From: Mytilus trossulus
Taxonomy: Eukaryota
Length of the DNA stretch: 64,000 nt
Direction: 5' to 3'
Assembly: GCF_036588685.1 (NCBI RefSeq)
Contig: NW_026963290.1
Coordinates: 62,001 to 126,000, forward strand
Shown here: positions 28,555 through 40,324 of the stretch, in pieces
Position numbering within the stretch: the first letter of the stretch is position 1
Layout of the letters: each line of letters starts with the position of its first letter
Made by a program: the position numbers and the translations under genes
Notes under the pieces: generated by a model
Database searches by the model: none
What the model saw: only the letters and a program-made list of their open reading frames with translations
Told to the model about the DNA's origin: nothing

Positions 28555-29490
28555 AAAAAAGTAGATGTGGTATGATTGTCAATGAGACAACTATCCACAA
28601 AAGACCAAAATGACACAAACATTAACAATTATAAGTCACCGTACGGCCTTCAGCAATGAGCAAAGCCCGTACCGCATTTAGTCAGCTATAAAAGGCCCCG
28701 ATAAGACAATGTAAAACAATTCAAGCGAGAATTTGTGATTTAATGTCGTATACAATTCGGAGATTTGAATAATAAAATTGAGAATGGAAATGGGGAATGT
28801 GTCAAAGAGACAACAACCCGACCATAGAAAAAACAACAGCAGAAAGTCACCAACAGGTCTTCAATGTAGCGTGAAATTCCCGCACCCGGAGGCGTCCTTC
28901 AGCTGACCCTTTAATAAATATATGCTAGTTCAGTGATAATGAACGCCATACTTATTTCCAAATTGTACACAAGAAATTAAAAATAAAATAATACAAGACT
29001 ATCAAAGGCCAGAGGCTCCTGACTTGTGACAGGCGCAAAAATGCGGCGGGGTTAACACATGTTTATGAGATCTCAACCCTCCCCCTATTCCTCTACCCAA
29101 TGTAGAAAAGTAAACGCATAACGAGTCTGATGTCAGAAGATATAAACAACAAAATAAATAAAATGACAATACATGTAATACATAATCAACATCAGACTAC
29201 TAGCAATTAACTGACATGCCAGCTCCAGACTTCAATTAAACTGATTGAAAGATTATGATTTCATCATGTGAATATCAGGCACAATCCTTTCCGTTAGGGG
29301 TTTAGTATCATACCATCATAACATATATGAGAAGAACATAACCCGTGTCATGCCAACAACTGTTTTTTTTTAATAATTGTGTTTAGTTCCGATGCAAAGA
29401 CCCTATAAGTGATCAATATTAACGCCAAAATATGCAATCTTTAATGACCTGACAACAGTATGGTAACTATATCCCTTCTTAATAAGTGTA
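28555..29490 (+). repeat. Two adjacent abundant interspersed repeats (agatgtggtatgattg.caatgagacaact family ~28555-28730; aataaaattgagaatgg family ~28770-29490)
   Basis: Homologous to 59246-59620 (reverse) and ~2180-2400, and to 7708-7870 and 50780-51110. Confidence 0.75.
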
Positions 29491-29751
29491 TGTTCTATTG
29501 AATTGTGCTTTGTGTGATTTATGTTGTAAAATAAATATTTGTCATTTGTTTTCTATCTTTTATTAATCTGTTATGATATCTGTTATTTTTCTTATTTGAA
29601 ATTGTGCTTTGTGTGATTTTGTTCGGTTGTGTTTTTTAATTAAAATATTGATCTCTGATTACGTTATACCTAAAAAAAATATATCATATGTAGCATTACG
29701 TAATCAGAGATGAATATTTTAATTGGATTGATCATTTATATAAGTATAATA

Positions 29752-29944
29752 TTATAATTCGTCGTGTTCATTTAGTCCACCAGACGCCTCAAATTCATAA
29801 CTCTCATACAGCTCTGTCCAGAATTGCACACTATCTGATGCCATAAAGGTATCCGCGCTGATGGGGACATCAAGGTTCACATAATCTCTGTCTTTAAGTG
29901 TGAATTGCTTCCATTTCACTGGCTCTCCTCCTTCATTGGGATTC
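29752..29944 (-). CDS. Carboxylesterase CE2, last exon, ending EHDEL (ER retention); spliced product ~580 aa
   Basis: Acceptor TATTTCAG|G at 29945/29944; reads NPNEGGEPVKWKQF..YVNL..FW..HDEL*; total CDS 1743 nt, divisible by 3. Confidence 0.93.
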
Positions 29945-30224
29945 CTGAAATACATTAATTCTTAGAAGCAAAACTTTATTTCAAATCACTGATGTCCAAT
30001 GACCCATTTAAAATGAGGTCATGGTATGATATACCCTATAAAAGGACATATCCTAGAAATCAATCTTCTTTTACTGCAATGACCATTTAAAAGGAGATAT
30101 GGGTTTTTCTTAAAAAATATTCTGATCCCCAATTTGATGAAGAAATACATATACTAGTATACTGCGGCCAAGCAAATGGGCCTATAACTTCTTTAACACG
30201 GAAGTTGACGTCGACCAATGAACA

Positions 30225-30283
30225 TTAGACAGACATGTACATCTTAGACAGACATGTACATCTTAGACAGACATGTACATCTT
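30225..30283. repeat. 19-bp tandem repeat (tagacagacatgtacatct) x3 in the CE2 intron
   Basis: Direct inspection. Confidence 0.85.
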
Positions 30284-30741
30284 ATAAGTTACAGGCCATA
30301 TATAATTCAGGAATATAATTGACCTATTTCCAAACGTAAATTCTAATTCGAATTGCAATGCGCGTCAAATTTGCTTTACTGTCCAAATGAATTTAACTTT
30401 AAAATCAAATTGATATTAACAAGAACGCATTTCTAATGCGAATCTGATAATGCGATTTAGCCGATTTGAATCAATTCGACTCAAAAAAATAACAGTGTGT
30501 GAACTCGATAAGCGAATTCGATTCGTGTATTTGATTCGAATTCAATGTTAGTGTGAACAAGGCATTGAAAAGCTCAACGTTGTTAACTGGACTATAAAAA
30601 AAATCAGGTCAACTTAGACAAGGTCAGGTGAACCCTGCCTAACCGACATTTCAAATGAGTTTCGAAAATACTTTGTCAACAATTAGTTGTCAAGTGAATG
30701 AAAATATATCGAATTGTTAATACTAAAAATAGTAAACTTGC

Positions 30742-32291
30742 CTAGATTTCGCAAATGAAGTCCAATAGTTGATCATATGCTTCGATAGCTCTTTTTCATC
30801 TTCCGATAGAGAAGCATCAGGGCTTGTAAAAGGATTGCTGGAAAACATGAATATGAGCTCGTCAGCATGACCTGACCCTTTGAACCAAGATGGCGGAGGT
30901 CCACCAATGGGAGATGGAGATGTCTTGGAAAATCTGTACTGCCACGTTTCACCCCCTAATGACGAATGATGTTCCAACATTCTTACAACGGGATATGTTA
31001 TTAATAAATCTCCAAAGAATTCTGACACCCTCAATCCTTGTTCGGCAACAGAACCATCGACTGTGTAAAAATCACATAATTTTTTTTTTAATGCAGGATT
31101 ATTGTTTAAATACAATTCTACAAATGGTGCTATGATGCCAACACATGCAACTTTAGATGGTATTCCCTCGGTCATATTAAATCCAAAATGATCTTGAAAA
31201 GTCGGTGGGGCAACCATGTACAGCAAAGATCCTTCATTAGATGTTGTTCCAGCCATGAAATCAATAGATTTGAAAAACTTTGCTACATCTGAGGTTTTGT
31301 CGCTTAACTGTCTAAACGGATTGTCAGTAAAAAGTTCGCCATCAACAACCCCCGAACTGGTTGTTTCCAGTGGTATTCTGTCAACTGGATTTGTCTTCAT
31401 TGGGTTTGTCATATCTATAAGCTCATCAACTGAAACTTCCCTTAAGCAATGTGTAAATTTATATAAGTCGTCTAATGAACATCCTGTTTTGTTTGCATAG
31501 TCCTCGGCATATTTTCTCAGCATTTTCGGCTTCAACGTAAATGTCCTTCCAAAGTCAAACGCACCACTTTGAGATATAGCTCTCTGGAACAGTCCTTTGT
31601 TTGAAGGTATCATTGCTTGTACATTCACACTCCATCCGCCTGCAGACTCTCCAAAAATTGTAACCGATTCAGGGTCACCACCAAACGCAGCGATATTATC
31701 ATGTACCCATTGTAAAGCAAGTTTCTGATCCCAAACACCATAATTTCCCCTCGCAGCTGGATGATTTAATGCGAAAAACCCAAAAATTCCTAATCTGTAG
31801 TTAATAGTCACTACTATAACATCACCTTCTGTTGCAATACGTCCACCATCATAATCATGAGCATGCCCCATTGAGAGTCCACCACCATGGATCCAAACCA
31901 TAACAGATAATTTTCTATATGGATTCAATACTTTTGGAACATAAACATTCAGGAAAAGGCAATCTTCAGACATGTCAAGTTTTTTATATCCCGGTAAAAA
32001 ATCCAATTGCAACTGCGCACAAGCAGCACCAAATTTAGTAGCATCAAACGTATCTGTCCATTTTTCAACCGGTGTCGGTTTCCGAAAACGCAAAGGACCA
32101 ATAGGAGCCTTTCCATACCTTATTCCGCGAAACTCGTTAACTTGAACTCCATTCTCTGAAAATATGTTCTGAATACCTTTGATTAGTCCGGATGGAGTTT
32201 CGACCATTACGGTATTTATTTGATTGTTGTTGGAAAAGACAACTGTGACGAAAGAACAGATGACGAACAGTATCAATGACATGATGTACAT
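30742..32291 (-). CDS. Carboxylesterase type B (paralog CE2), coding exon 1
   Basis: Signal peptide; motifs FRGIRYGKAP, SEDCLFLN, WIHGGG, GESAG, SNEG, GHADE. Ends at the non-canonical donor AG|GCAAGT (30742/30741), at the same phase-2 position as in the paralogs. Confidence 0.94.
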
Positions 32292-33251
32292 TCACTCTGA
32301 AAAAATGATATGACGTATTTTTAAAATAGGTATATAAACAGACAAAAACAATCTGGAATCGCAGATAATGCAATGCAATAAGGGACGAGGTTGGTGCGTG
32401 TTCTTGAACTTGGCAAGTATGTTGAAGATTTGTACAAGTTATAGTTTTCAAGTATAAATTTAACCGTATAAGACGAGTCGTAGCTTGTATAGGGTTTAAT
32501 GTAATGCACACTAGTTTCACATTAAATTTGTTCACATCTATACACCTTGTTAAGTTACCAGACTCAAGCTGGCAGCCACTTTTATCGGCCAATCAAGGTA
32601 GCAGCCACTTTTTTCCAGCAGCCAATTTTGACGATATGTCTAAAAACCAAAAAACTGCACGAGACTCAAACGTTCCAAAAATCGCTAAATCTTAGTTTAA
32701 TATAGTTGAACAGCGGAATTCGACAATTTCGCGGCTTGTACTGATTTTAAAAGCATTTCATTACGTTTTAAATATGTATGTGAAGTAAGCTGCCGGTTTG
32801 TTATTTGATTTTCGATATTCAATATACAACCGGTTGCAAAAAGTCGGTTCAATATCAAATTTTAGTTCAAAATTATTAAAAAGTATGATTTCATAGTTAA
32901 CAGGAGTGAAACATTATGCCCAAATAGTTTTATGACCCCTTCAAGCTGTCGTAAATTCTCGTTGTCCTCGAATATAAACCCTTATATAAGTTGCATATTT
33001 GTCTTTATGTAATAAAGATTTTTATCAATAAAACGACACCAAAGATTCAACAAAGATTTAATTTAATATATAACATATAAAACTACAATTAAAGCCGGCC
33101 ACTCTAAAAACATTTCAAAATATAAAAAGAAATATCTATGGAAAGCCAAAAAAAGAATAAACATATTGTAAAAACCTACGGGAGACCGCTCAGATGACAG
33201 CTAGACCCCTGGTGTTTCAATACTCCAAATGTAACGATATTATAGACTCTA

Positions 33252-33995
33252 TCTATAATACTAAAATTACGAGGTCCAATTTGTCAGCCGTCATCACGTA
33301 AAAACGACGAATCAAAGAATTCAACTTTATATATAACTAATATAGTACAAAGGTGTAGATTAAAAATTACACCACTCCAGGCCCTTTTGTTTTCCACGTA
33401 ATTAATATTGCCAATAATTAAGAAGTTCCGGGTCGAGTCCGATACCGATACCGATACCAATAGTATATTCACCTGTTACCTATTACCTTATCTGTACGTT
33501 CCGCCTCCGACAGGCGCACCAACAAACGGTATATTCAGGATTAATATGCTATATACACGGGTCATAATCACAGGGTTGAAACTACTAAATTGTCAAATTG
33601 TTACCTATTGTAGTATTTTAATCAGTAAGACTTTCTAAGATAACAATACGAATACTAAAAATCTGGACTAAAAATAAGGCGTATAGGTACAGTTTTCAAT
33701 TTGTTAGCGGGCATGACGTAAAACAGCGAATCAAAGAATTCAACTTTATTTATAACTAATATAGGACAATGCTGTTGATTAAAAAATACTCCATTCCAGG
33801 ACCTTTTGTTTTCCAAATAATTAATATTACCAATAATTGATAAGTTCCAGTTCGACGGGTTCAAACAGAGAAAACTGTGTATCTTATAATCGGCATGACT
33901 TTATCAGATGACAATACTTATACTAAAATAAGGCTTTCGCAGAGTAATATACTTTAATTCAGTCACGGACCCGCGATATCACGGGTGTGTTCTAG
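33252..33995 (+). mobile_element. Non-autonomous Helitron inserted in the left arm of the foldback element
   Basis: 5'-TC…CTAG-3' inserted between A33251 and T33996 with no TSD; subterminal hairpin acccgcgatatcacgggt; absent from the homologous right arm; internal degenerate direct repeat. Confidence 0.85.
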
Positions 33996-34059
33996 TAGTA
34001 TATAAAATTGGGTGTAGAGATTAACGTGACTAAAGGGATCTTGGATTATGGGTATTGAA

Positions 34060-35360
34060 CATACGTAAATGGGCAACTTTGAACCTCTGTGGTGGCCAGA
34101 CGGGCCCGGATCCCAGAAAAATATTTAAGTGGGGAATAGCTTGGATTAATATCTTTAAAATGAGCTAGGTCCGGTTCGGAACTTTGCCGTAGGTATATGC
34201 CGAAGAGTACCGAATGTGTAGTTGATATGCAAAATACGTAAATGGGCAACTTTGAACCTCTGTGGTGGCCGGACGGGCCCGGATCCCAGAAAAATATTTA
34301 AGTTGGCAATAGCTTGGGTTAATACCTCTAAAATGAGCTAGGTCCGGTTCGGAACTTTGCCGTAGGGATATGCCGAAGAGTACCGAATGTGTAGTTGATA
34401 TGAAAAATACGTAAATGGGCAACTTTGAACCTCTGTGGTGGCCAGACGGGCCCGGATCCCAGAAAAATATTTAAGTGGGGAATAGCTTGGGTTAATACCT
34501 CTAAAATGAGCTAGGTCCGGTTCGGAACTTTGCCGTAGGGATATGCCGAAGAGTACCGAATGTGTAGTTGATATGAAAAATACGTAAATGGGCAACTTTG
34601 AACCTCTGTGGTGGCCAGACGGGCCCGGATCCCAGAAAAATATCTAAGTGGGGAATAGCTTGGGTTAATACCTCTAAAATGAGCTAGGTCCCAATCGGAA
34701 CTTTGCCGTAGGGATATGCCGAAGAGTACCGAATGTGTAGTTGATATGAAAAATACGTAAATGGGCAACTTTGAACCTCTGTGGTGGCCAGACGGGCCCG
34801 GATCCCAGAAAAATAACTTAGTGGGGAATAGCTTGGGTTAATACCTCTAAAATGAGCTAGGTCCCAATCGGAACTTTGCCGTAGGGATATGCCGAAGAGT
34901 ACCGAATGTGTAGTTGATATGAAAAATACGTAAATGGGCAACTTTGAACCTCTGTGGTGGCCAGACGGGCCCGGATCCCAAAAAAATATTTAAGTGGCGT
35001 TAAGCCTGGGTCGATACCTTTGAAATGAGCTAGGTCCAGTTCGGAACTTTGCCGTAGAGATATGCCGAGGAGTACCGAATGTGTGGTAATTGTGCCTCGT
35101 TTCATTATAGACATCCTCGACCATTTATACAGACCTTTGACATATAACAAGGCCGTTATAAAAACACCCATTCATTAAAACGATAATGCAAAATACGCTG
35201 AATATGGACAACTGTAAACCTCCTTGGTGGCAAGACAGGCACGGATCCCAAAAAAAATATTTAAGCAGGTAATAGACCGGGTCAATACCTTGATAATGGG
35301 ATGGGTCTTGATAGAAAATTTTCCGTAGTGATATCCCGTGAAGTACTTAATGTTATGTTG
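34060..35360 (-). repeat. 173-bp satellite array (ApaI-type), left arm: ~6 monomers plus a degenerate inner monomer
   Basis: Period 173 (ORFs at 34165, 34338, 34511, 34684, 34857); monomer contains GGGCCC and GGATCC; reverse complement of the right array. Confidence 0.95.
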
Positions 35361-35389
35361 GTAAGGACAGTATTTCTAGGGGAAACATT

Positions 35390-36070
35390 GGTCCCTCATA
35401 ACAAGAAATGTGTCACGGTCAAAGATGCATTGCAAGCGTTCATCACACCATCATGGGTTGTTTCAAAGCTATGAACAGATAAAGGTGCTGAATTTTGCAG
35501 CAAAGAGGCAGAAGAGTTTCGTCAGAAACACAACATTGAACTGTACTCTACCGAGAATGACGAAAAAAAACAATGTTGGATGAGAACAATGAAAACTTTC
35601 TTTTTTAAATACTTTTGGCTTATTCTACGCGTACTAACATCGATGTGTTGAATATTCTCGTTCATCAATACAACACCTCCAAACATAGATCCATTAAGAT
35701 GACTTCTTTTAATGCTAGTTAAACTGAACCCGAACACAAAGTGTACGTAACTTTTATGGTAATCTTTTTCCATTGAAACAGGGTAAATTTAAAGTAGTCG
35801 ATACAGTTTGAAATACTTTAAAGAAAAGCGTGTTTAAAAAGGAATACATCCCTAGGTGGGCCAAGGAAGTCTTAACTTTGTCCCACGTATAGAACACTCA
35901 AACTCAAACGTATCGTACCATGGATTTTAATGAAGTCTACGTAAAAGGGTCCTTTTATGAACCTTAACTTCAGAAAAACGAACCAAGGGTGGTTTGAAAT
36001 AGATCTTTCTTCAATGGAAAATGTACCCTAAGTCCTTTAATTCTTGTATATAACAATCAGATTTGCAGTA
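35390..36070 (+). pseudogene. Maverick/Polinton retroviral-like integrase remnant with a C-terminal chromodomain-like segment
   Basis: Translates as L*TDKGAEFCSKEAEEFRQKHNIELYSTENDEK…, KFKVVDTV*..KKSVFKKEYIPRWAKEV…VKGSFYEP*LQK, and LQWKMYPKSFNS. These are Polinton integrase motifs, with stops and frameshifts. Confidence 0.82.
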
Positions 36071-36989
36071 ACAACCTTTTAGCAGCAAGTATAGTCTTGG
36101 GCAATTTGCACAAGATCATACAGGCTACTTTCCCTATGCGAGCAATATGGTGAAGGCTTAAACATCTGGGTTATATCTTTACCAGGTGAAGAACCACCTA
36201 CGGTTTTTGATCTCACACCCGCATGTTTCAATAAATCACACATCATCAGACTCTCTAGATCTTCCTTGTTTTGCTCTTAAACTTCCATTGACAATGGACG
36301 TTCCAAAAGTGCATCAATGTTTTTATGTGTCAAGTTTTTAATCTTATGTACCTGAAGTTTTTGTTGCAGAGTGGTCTTAAAGTCATCTACCTTTTTCTCA
36401 AGTTCTTTAATGGTTGTTATAAAATCTTTCTCTATTCGTTTTATAGCCATCTCCAATGGGTTACACTGGGATTGTAATATATTTCTCAATTTCCATAGAA
36501 TCCAAATGTGTCTGCCATGTGTTGTAGCAGATCTTGATTTCAAGAAATTTACTATTACGTAGGGAGGGAAGGAAGTTTTATAGTCTTCACACAGTGTGAA
36601 TTGTTGTCTCTTTGACACATTCCCCATTTTCATTCTCAACTTTATTTGCTAGTTGTCGTCCATTGGGTTACATGTCCCCTAACGGTAGGATTAAAAGGTT
36701 TGGAACGTAGGGTAACCCGCATTAACAAACTTATCAAATATGAAAAGTTTTAACTGTTCTTTCCAATTTCCCGTTGAGGGTGGCTTGTTTGGAAGTAGAA
36801 TTTTGTGTACACGTAACACTTATTTTAAGTTTTCGAGCCTCCAAACGGGTGCAAAATTGCAATCATCTTTCAATATCATTCATATTATTTTAACATATGA
36901 TAAATGTTGTTGTTCCTTATATAACAATATTTTAGAGGTTTGATTAATCCAGACATTGTTACTTCTATCACCACACGTCTCTAAGGTAT

Positions 36990-39330
36990 TCGTTTTCGTT
37001 TTCAAGTTGAAAATGTCCATGTGCCATTGTTCTGATTCCATCTTTTAAAATGTAACGTATGTCATCTTGTGTGTTAGTTTCTTAAGTCACCACGTTTTAA
37101 AGGTAACTGCGAATGACGTTCATTTTTCTATGACAACTTTGATAGGTCATACAACACGTCTGGTAATCGTTACACGGAATAATCTGTCGATTGACCTGTT
37201 TGGTTTTTCCTAAAGCTTTACTTGTGTTTTAACCATCTTTAATTCGATATTAAAACATCTTGCACGAAGCCATACAAACTCAGCAATCAGTTGACCATCA
37301 AATGTATCTTCAAACACGCCAATCACTATTTGCTGACGTTGGAATTCAACGATCGGTTGTCCGTACAATAGTTAAGTGTGTCAAACTTGTTTTGAATTTG
37401 AGATACCATATCTTTAGAAAGCCGTCAGTTTGAATTTAATAGACTAAATTATTAGTGTCGGTAAACAATAGTCGAACTCTTTGTCTCCGAAGGTTTCATA
37501 ATGAATGTCGTACATTAAAATCTTTGAAATGTCTAATATGCATGCTCCTAAATACACATGCTTGTCAAATTTGAGTTCAGTTTTCTTCATGTGTACGATT
37601 TTTTTTCCGGTAGTCACTTACTTTATATTCATCCGTTTAAGTATGTTTACCATGGTATTTCCAAACTTTGTTCATCAGTTTGAAAAAAATGGGGTTTTTT
37701 CAGACACGGTGCGAGTGGTAGTTATGGTTATAAGGTTAATATTCAGGTAAATGCAAATTTCAAGCCTACATGATTGTTTAAATTTTAACACATGATACAC
37801 TTTTGTTAATACCAACCCATTGGAAGAACTCTGTTTCAAATTTCTATTATAAAGAACATCCTTTACACCTTTGTCGGATTTGAATACGGTATACCAACTT
37901 ATGAAACTTGTTCATTTCTGTTTTCATGTAAAAACGATAAATCGTTAAGCTTATCGTAAAGGTCGACTGAGTAACCAAATCCCCTTCAGTTATGTACCCA
38001 ACCTCATCCTCCTCTTTCCACATGTCAATGACTTCAAAGTCGTCCACCAATTCAAAACCCTTGTTGGCTACGGTTCTGACATGACCAACACATACTCAAA
38101 GTTAGTACTACTATTTAAGTATTCAAAAAAAATCATTGGGAAGGTTGTGGAGGGTCGCATTCACTCATGTATTTGATGTTGGCCACCCAATGTCAATGGC
38201 TTATTTGAGCACAGTCCCCTCTCGTGCTGCTTATTCAAACAGAAGTAACATGTCTGGGTCGTGTAACAATTGTGATCTAACTTTGCTTATATTTAACGCC
38301 GAATCGTAAGCTATCCCTGATGACGTGTAATAATGAAATACGTCAAGGCCTGTAAGCTTTTAAACAAATGACACTAGTTTTCAAATATATCATCCAATTG
38401 CACATATATATAACCATGTCACCTCCTGGGTACACTTTTGTTTCTTTGTATTTTCCAAAATCATACCTAACGCGGTAGTAAAAAACATGAAGGTGTATTT
38501 TGTTGGTAAGCATTCCTGTAAGCTTTTGACTTGTCAGGTTGGCATGTGTCTATATGTTATAAGTAACATTAAACGTCAGCATAATTTACACAAGGAAATC
38601 GCATTTTACGTTTACAGTTGTATATCTTATAAAGGTATCTTCTTCAGGTATCTTGATGTTCACTCCAGCCCTCTAATCCCAATACTATGAATTTTCGTCT
38701 AAATTGTCTTCTCTCAAACAGTGCTTTTTACACTTTCGACAAAAAAACTTTAACATTGTAGATAACACTTGGGCTCTGAACAAATGTGACAATTTTTTTT
38801 ATCTAGCAGTATTGTTGTTTAGTTACATGTCTGCGTTGGTTCTGTCCTTTCCGATTATCTTTGAAATTTTTCTTGGGTTCTTCAATTTTTTTTCTCGTTG
38901 TTGTTTATTTCAACACCATCATACCCAAACACGTTAATGGAAAAGCTAGTTCTAGTATTTAGCCTTTAAAATTGGTCAATGTGTTTCAAACACAAGGGGG
39001 AAACTAAACCCTTCTGGTTCAACTCATTTTCACGTTGTTTTTTTTTATTTTTTGTGTACTTTATGTGTACTTTTCTAATTCACCTCTTTATGTGTACTTT
39101 TGATAACACAGCTCACGTTAATAATGGCATTCTTTTGTGCTAGTTTTACTGAAAGGCGAATGTAAGATTTACCCTTCAGGGGTACAATTTATCCATATGA
39201 AGGTGTAATTCTACAATATATGTCTTAACGGTCACCCCCTTCAATCACGCATGCAATATGCTATACTTTCATAACTTTTAACGTTAATTAAGTGTCTTAG
39301 TTGGTTGATTCAGTAAAAATAGCTTCAGTT
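36990..39330 (-). pseudogene. Maverick/Polinton (adintovirus-like) protein-primed DNA polymerase B remnant
   Basis: Ordered motifs on the minus strand: KGKSYIRL..AQKNAIINV (~39150), IDTCQPD (~38540), GLDVFHYYTSSGIAYDSAL..DPDMLLLFE (~38300), FFKLMN..FGNTM (~37670), HMKKTELKFDKHVYLGACILDISKILMYDIHY (~37540), LLFTDTNNL (~37455), DDIRYILKDGIRTMAHGH (~37030). Many frameshifts and stops. Confidence 0.85.
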
Positions 39331-40324
39331 GACCTAAAAAATGGAACAACTTTCATCTGTTGCGGGGTTGGGTTTTGCCAACTCTACTGGAAGCATCTGC
39401 TGTACCTTCGATGCCTTCTTCACTTTTGTGCTTCTGACATTTTACTAATCAAATGTATGCAAAGCACTTTGACTTGCCTAAAAACGGTTTAATGGTCACT
39501 GTAGTAATTTTCTACCATCTTTCACGTTAATAACAGATGTCTTTTCTATGTCTTTTTGAAGTCGTATTTCCTTAATTTAGATGTATAAGGTATACCACGT
39601 TTTTTTTTGCTTGTAGTATAAATTCATTTTTATGAAAAACTTCTGTACGGGTTCACACATGATGCGTTATGACTCCAATAAGCTTTACCAGTACTTCCTT
39701 TGGTTTTCTACTTTATCCTTTTAACACAAAATACTTTGCCAAGCGGGTACCCGTTTTAAATAGTAAACTTATAACCTGTAGGCCATCACTAGCCCTTATG
39801 AGACGTTGGGAATAATTTTCTGGTGAATACCTTCTCCGGAAAATATTTGTTTTCTTTATATTATTTTCATGCAAAATGTGACTAGTCTACCCAACTCAAG
39901 GTGGTTTTTGAAAAGTTCTTCTTATACATATTCCAGCAAATATCGAAATGTTCCGAATTGTATTTTTTTAAATGATTGTGCCTATTCAAACAGTCTGGAA
40001 AGTACTCGCTGTCATACCCAATCTAATGCATCATTTTTCTTAAAAATTGTGTTTATTTCTGTAACTCAACATACACTTATATATTCTTTACAAAAAAAAG
40101 AAATCAATTGTAAATTGTCTTGAAAGGGTTATAGGAAAATATGACTTTTTTATCAGCTAGGTATGACATCAGTTTTTCTCGGGATTTTGTCAATTTAGGT
40201 ATTTTTTAATATCTATTATTGATGCAATAAACTTACAGAACTTAGTGTAAATTAACAGCAGTCAGAATGTAACGTTGAATATTAACCCTGAAGTTTAAAG
40301 TAGCATCTCAGCAAACTTCCCAGA

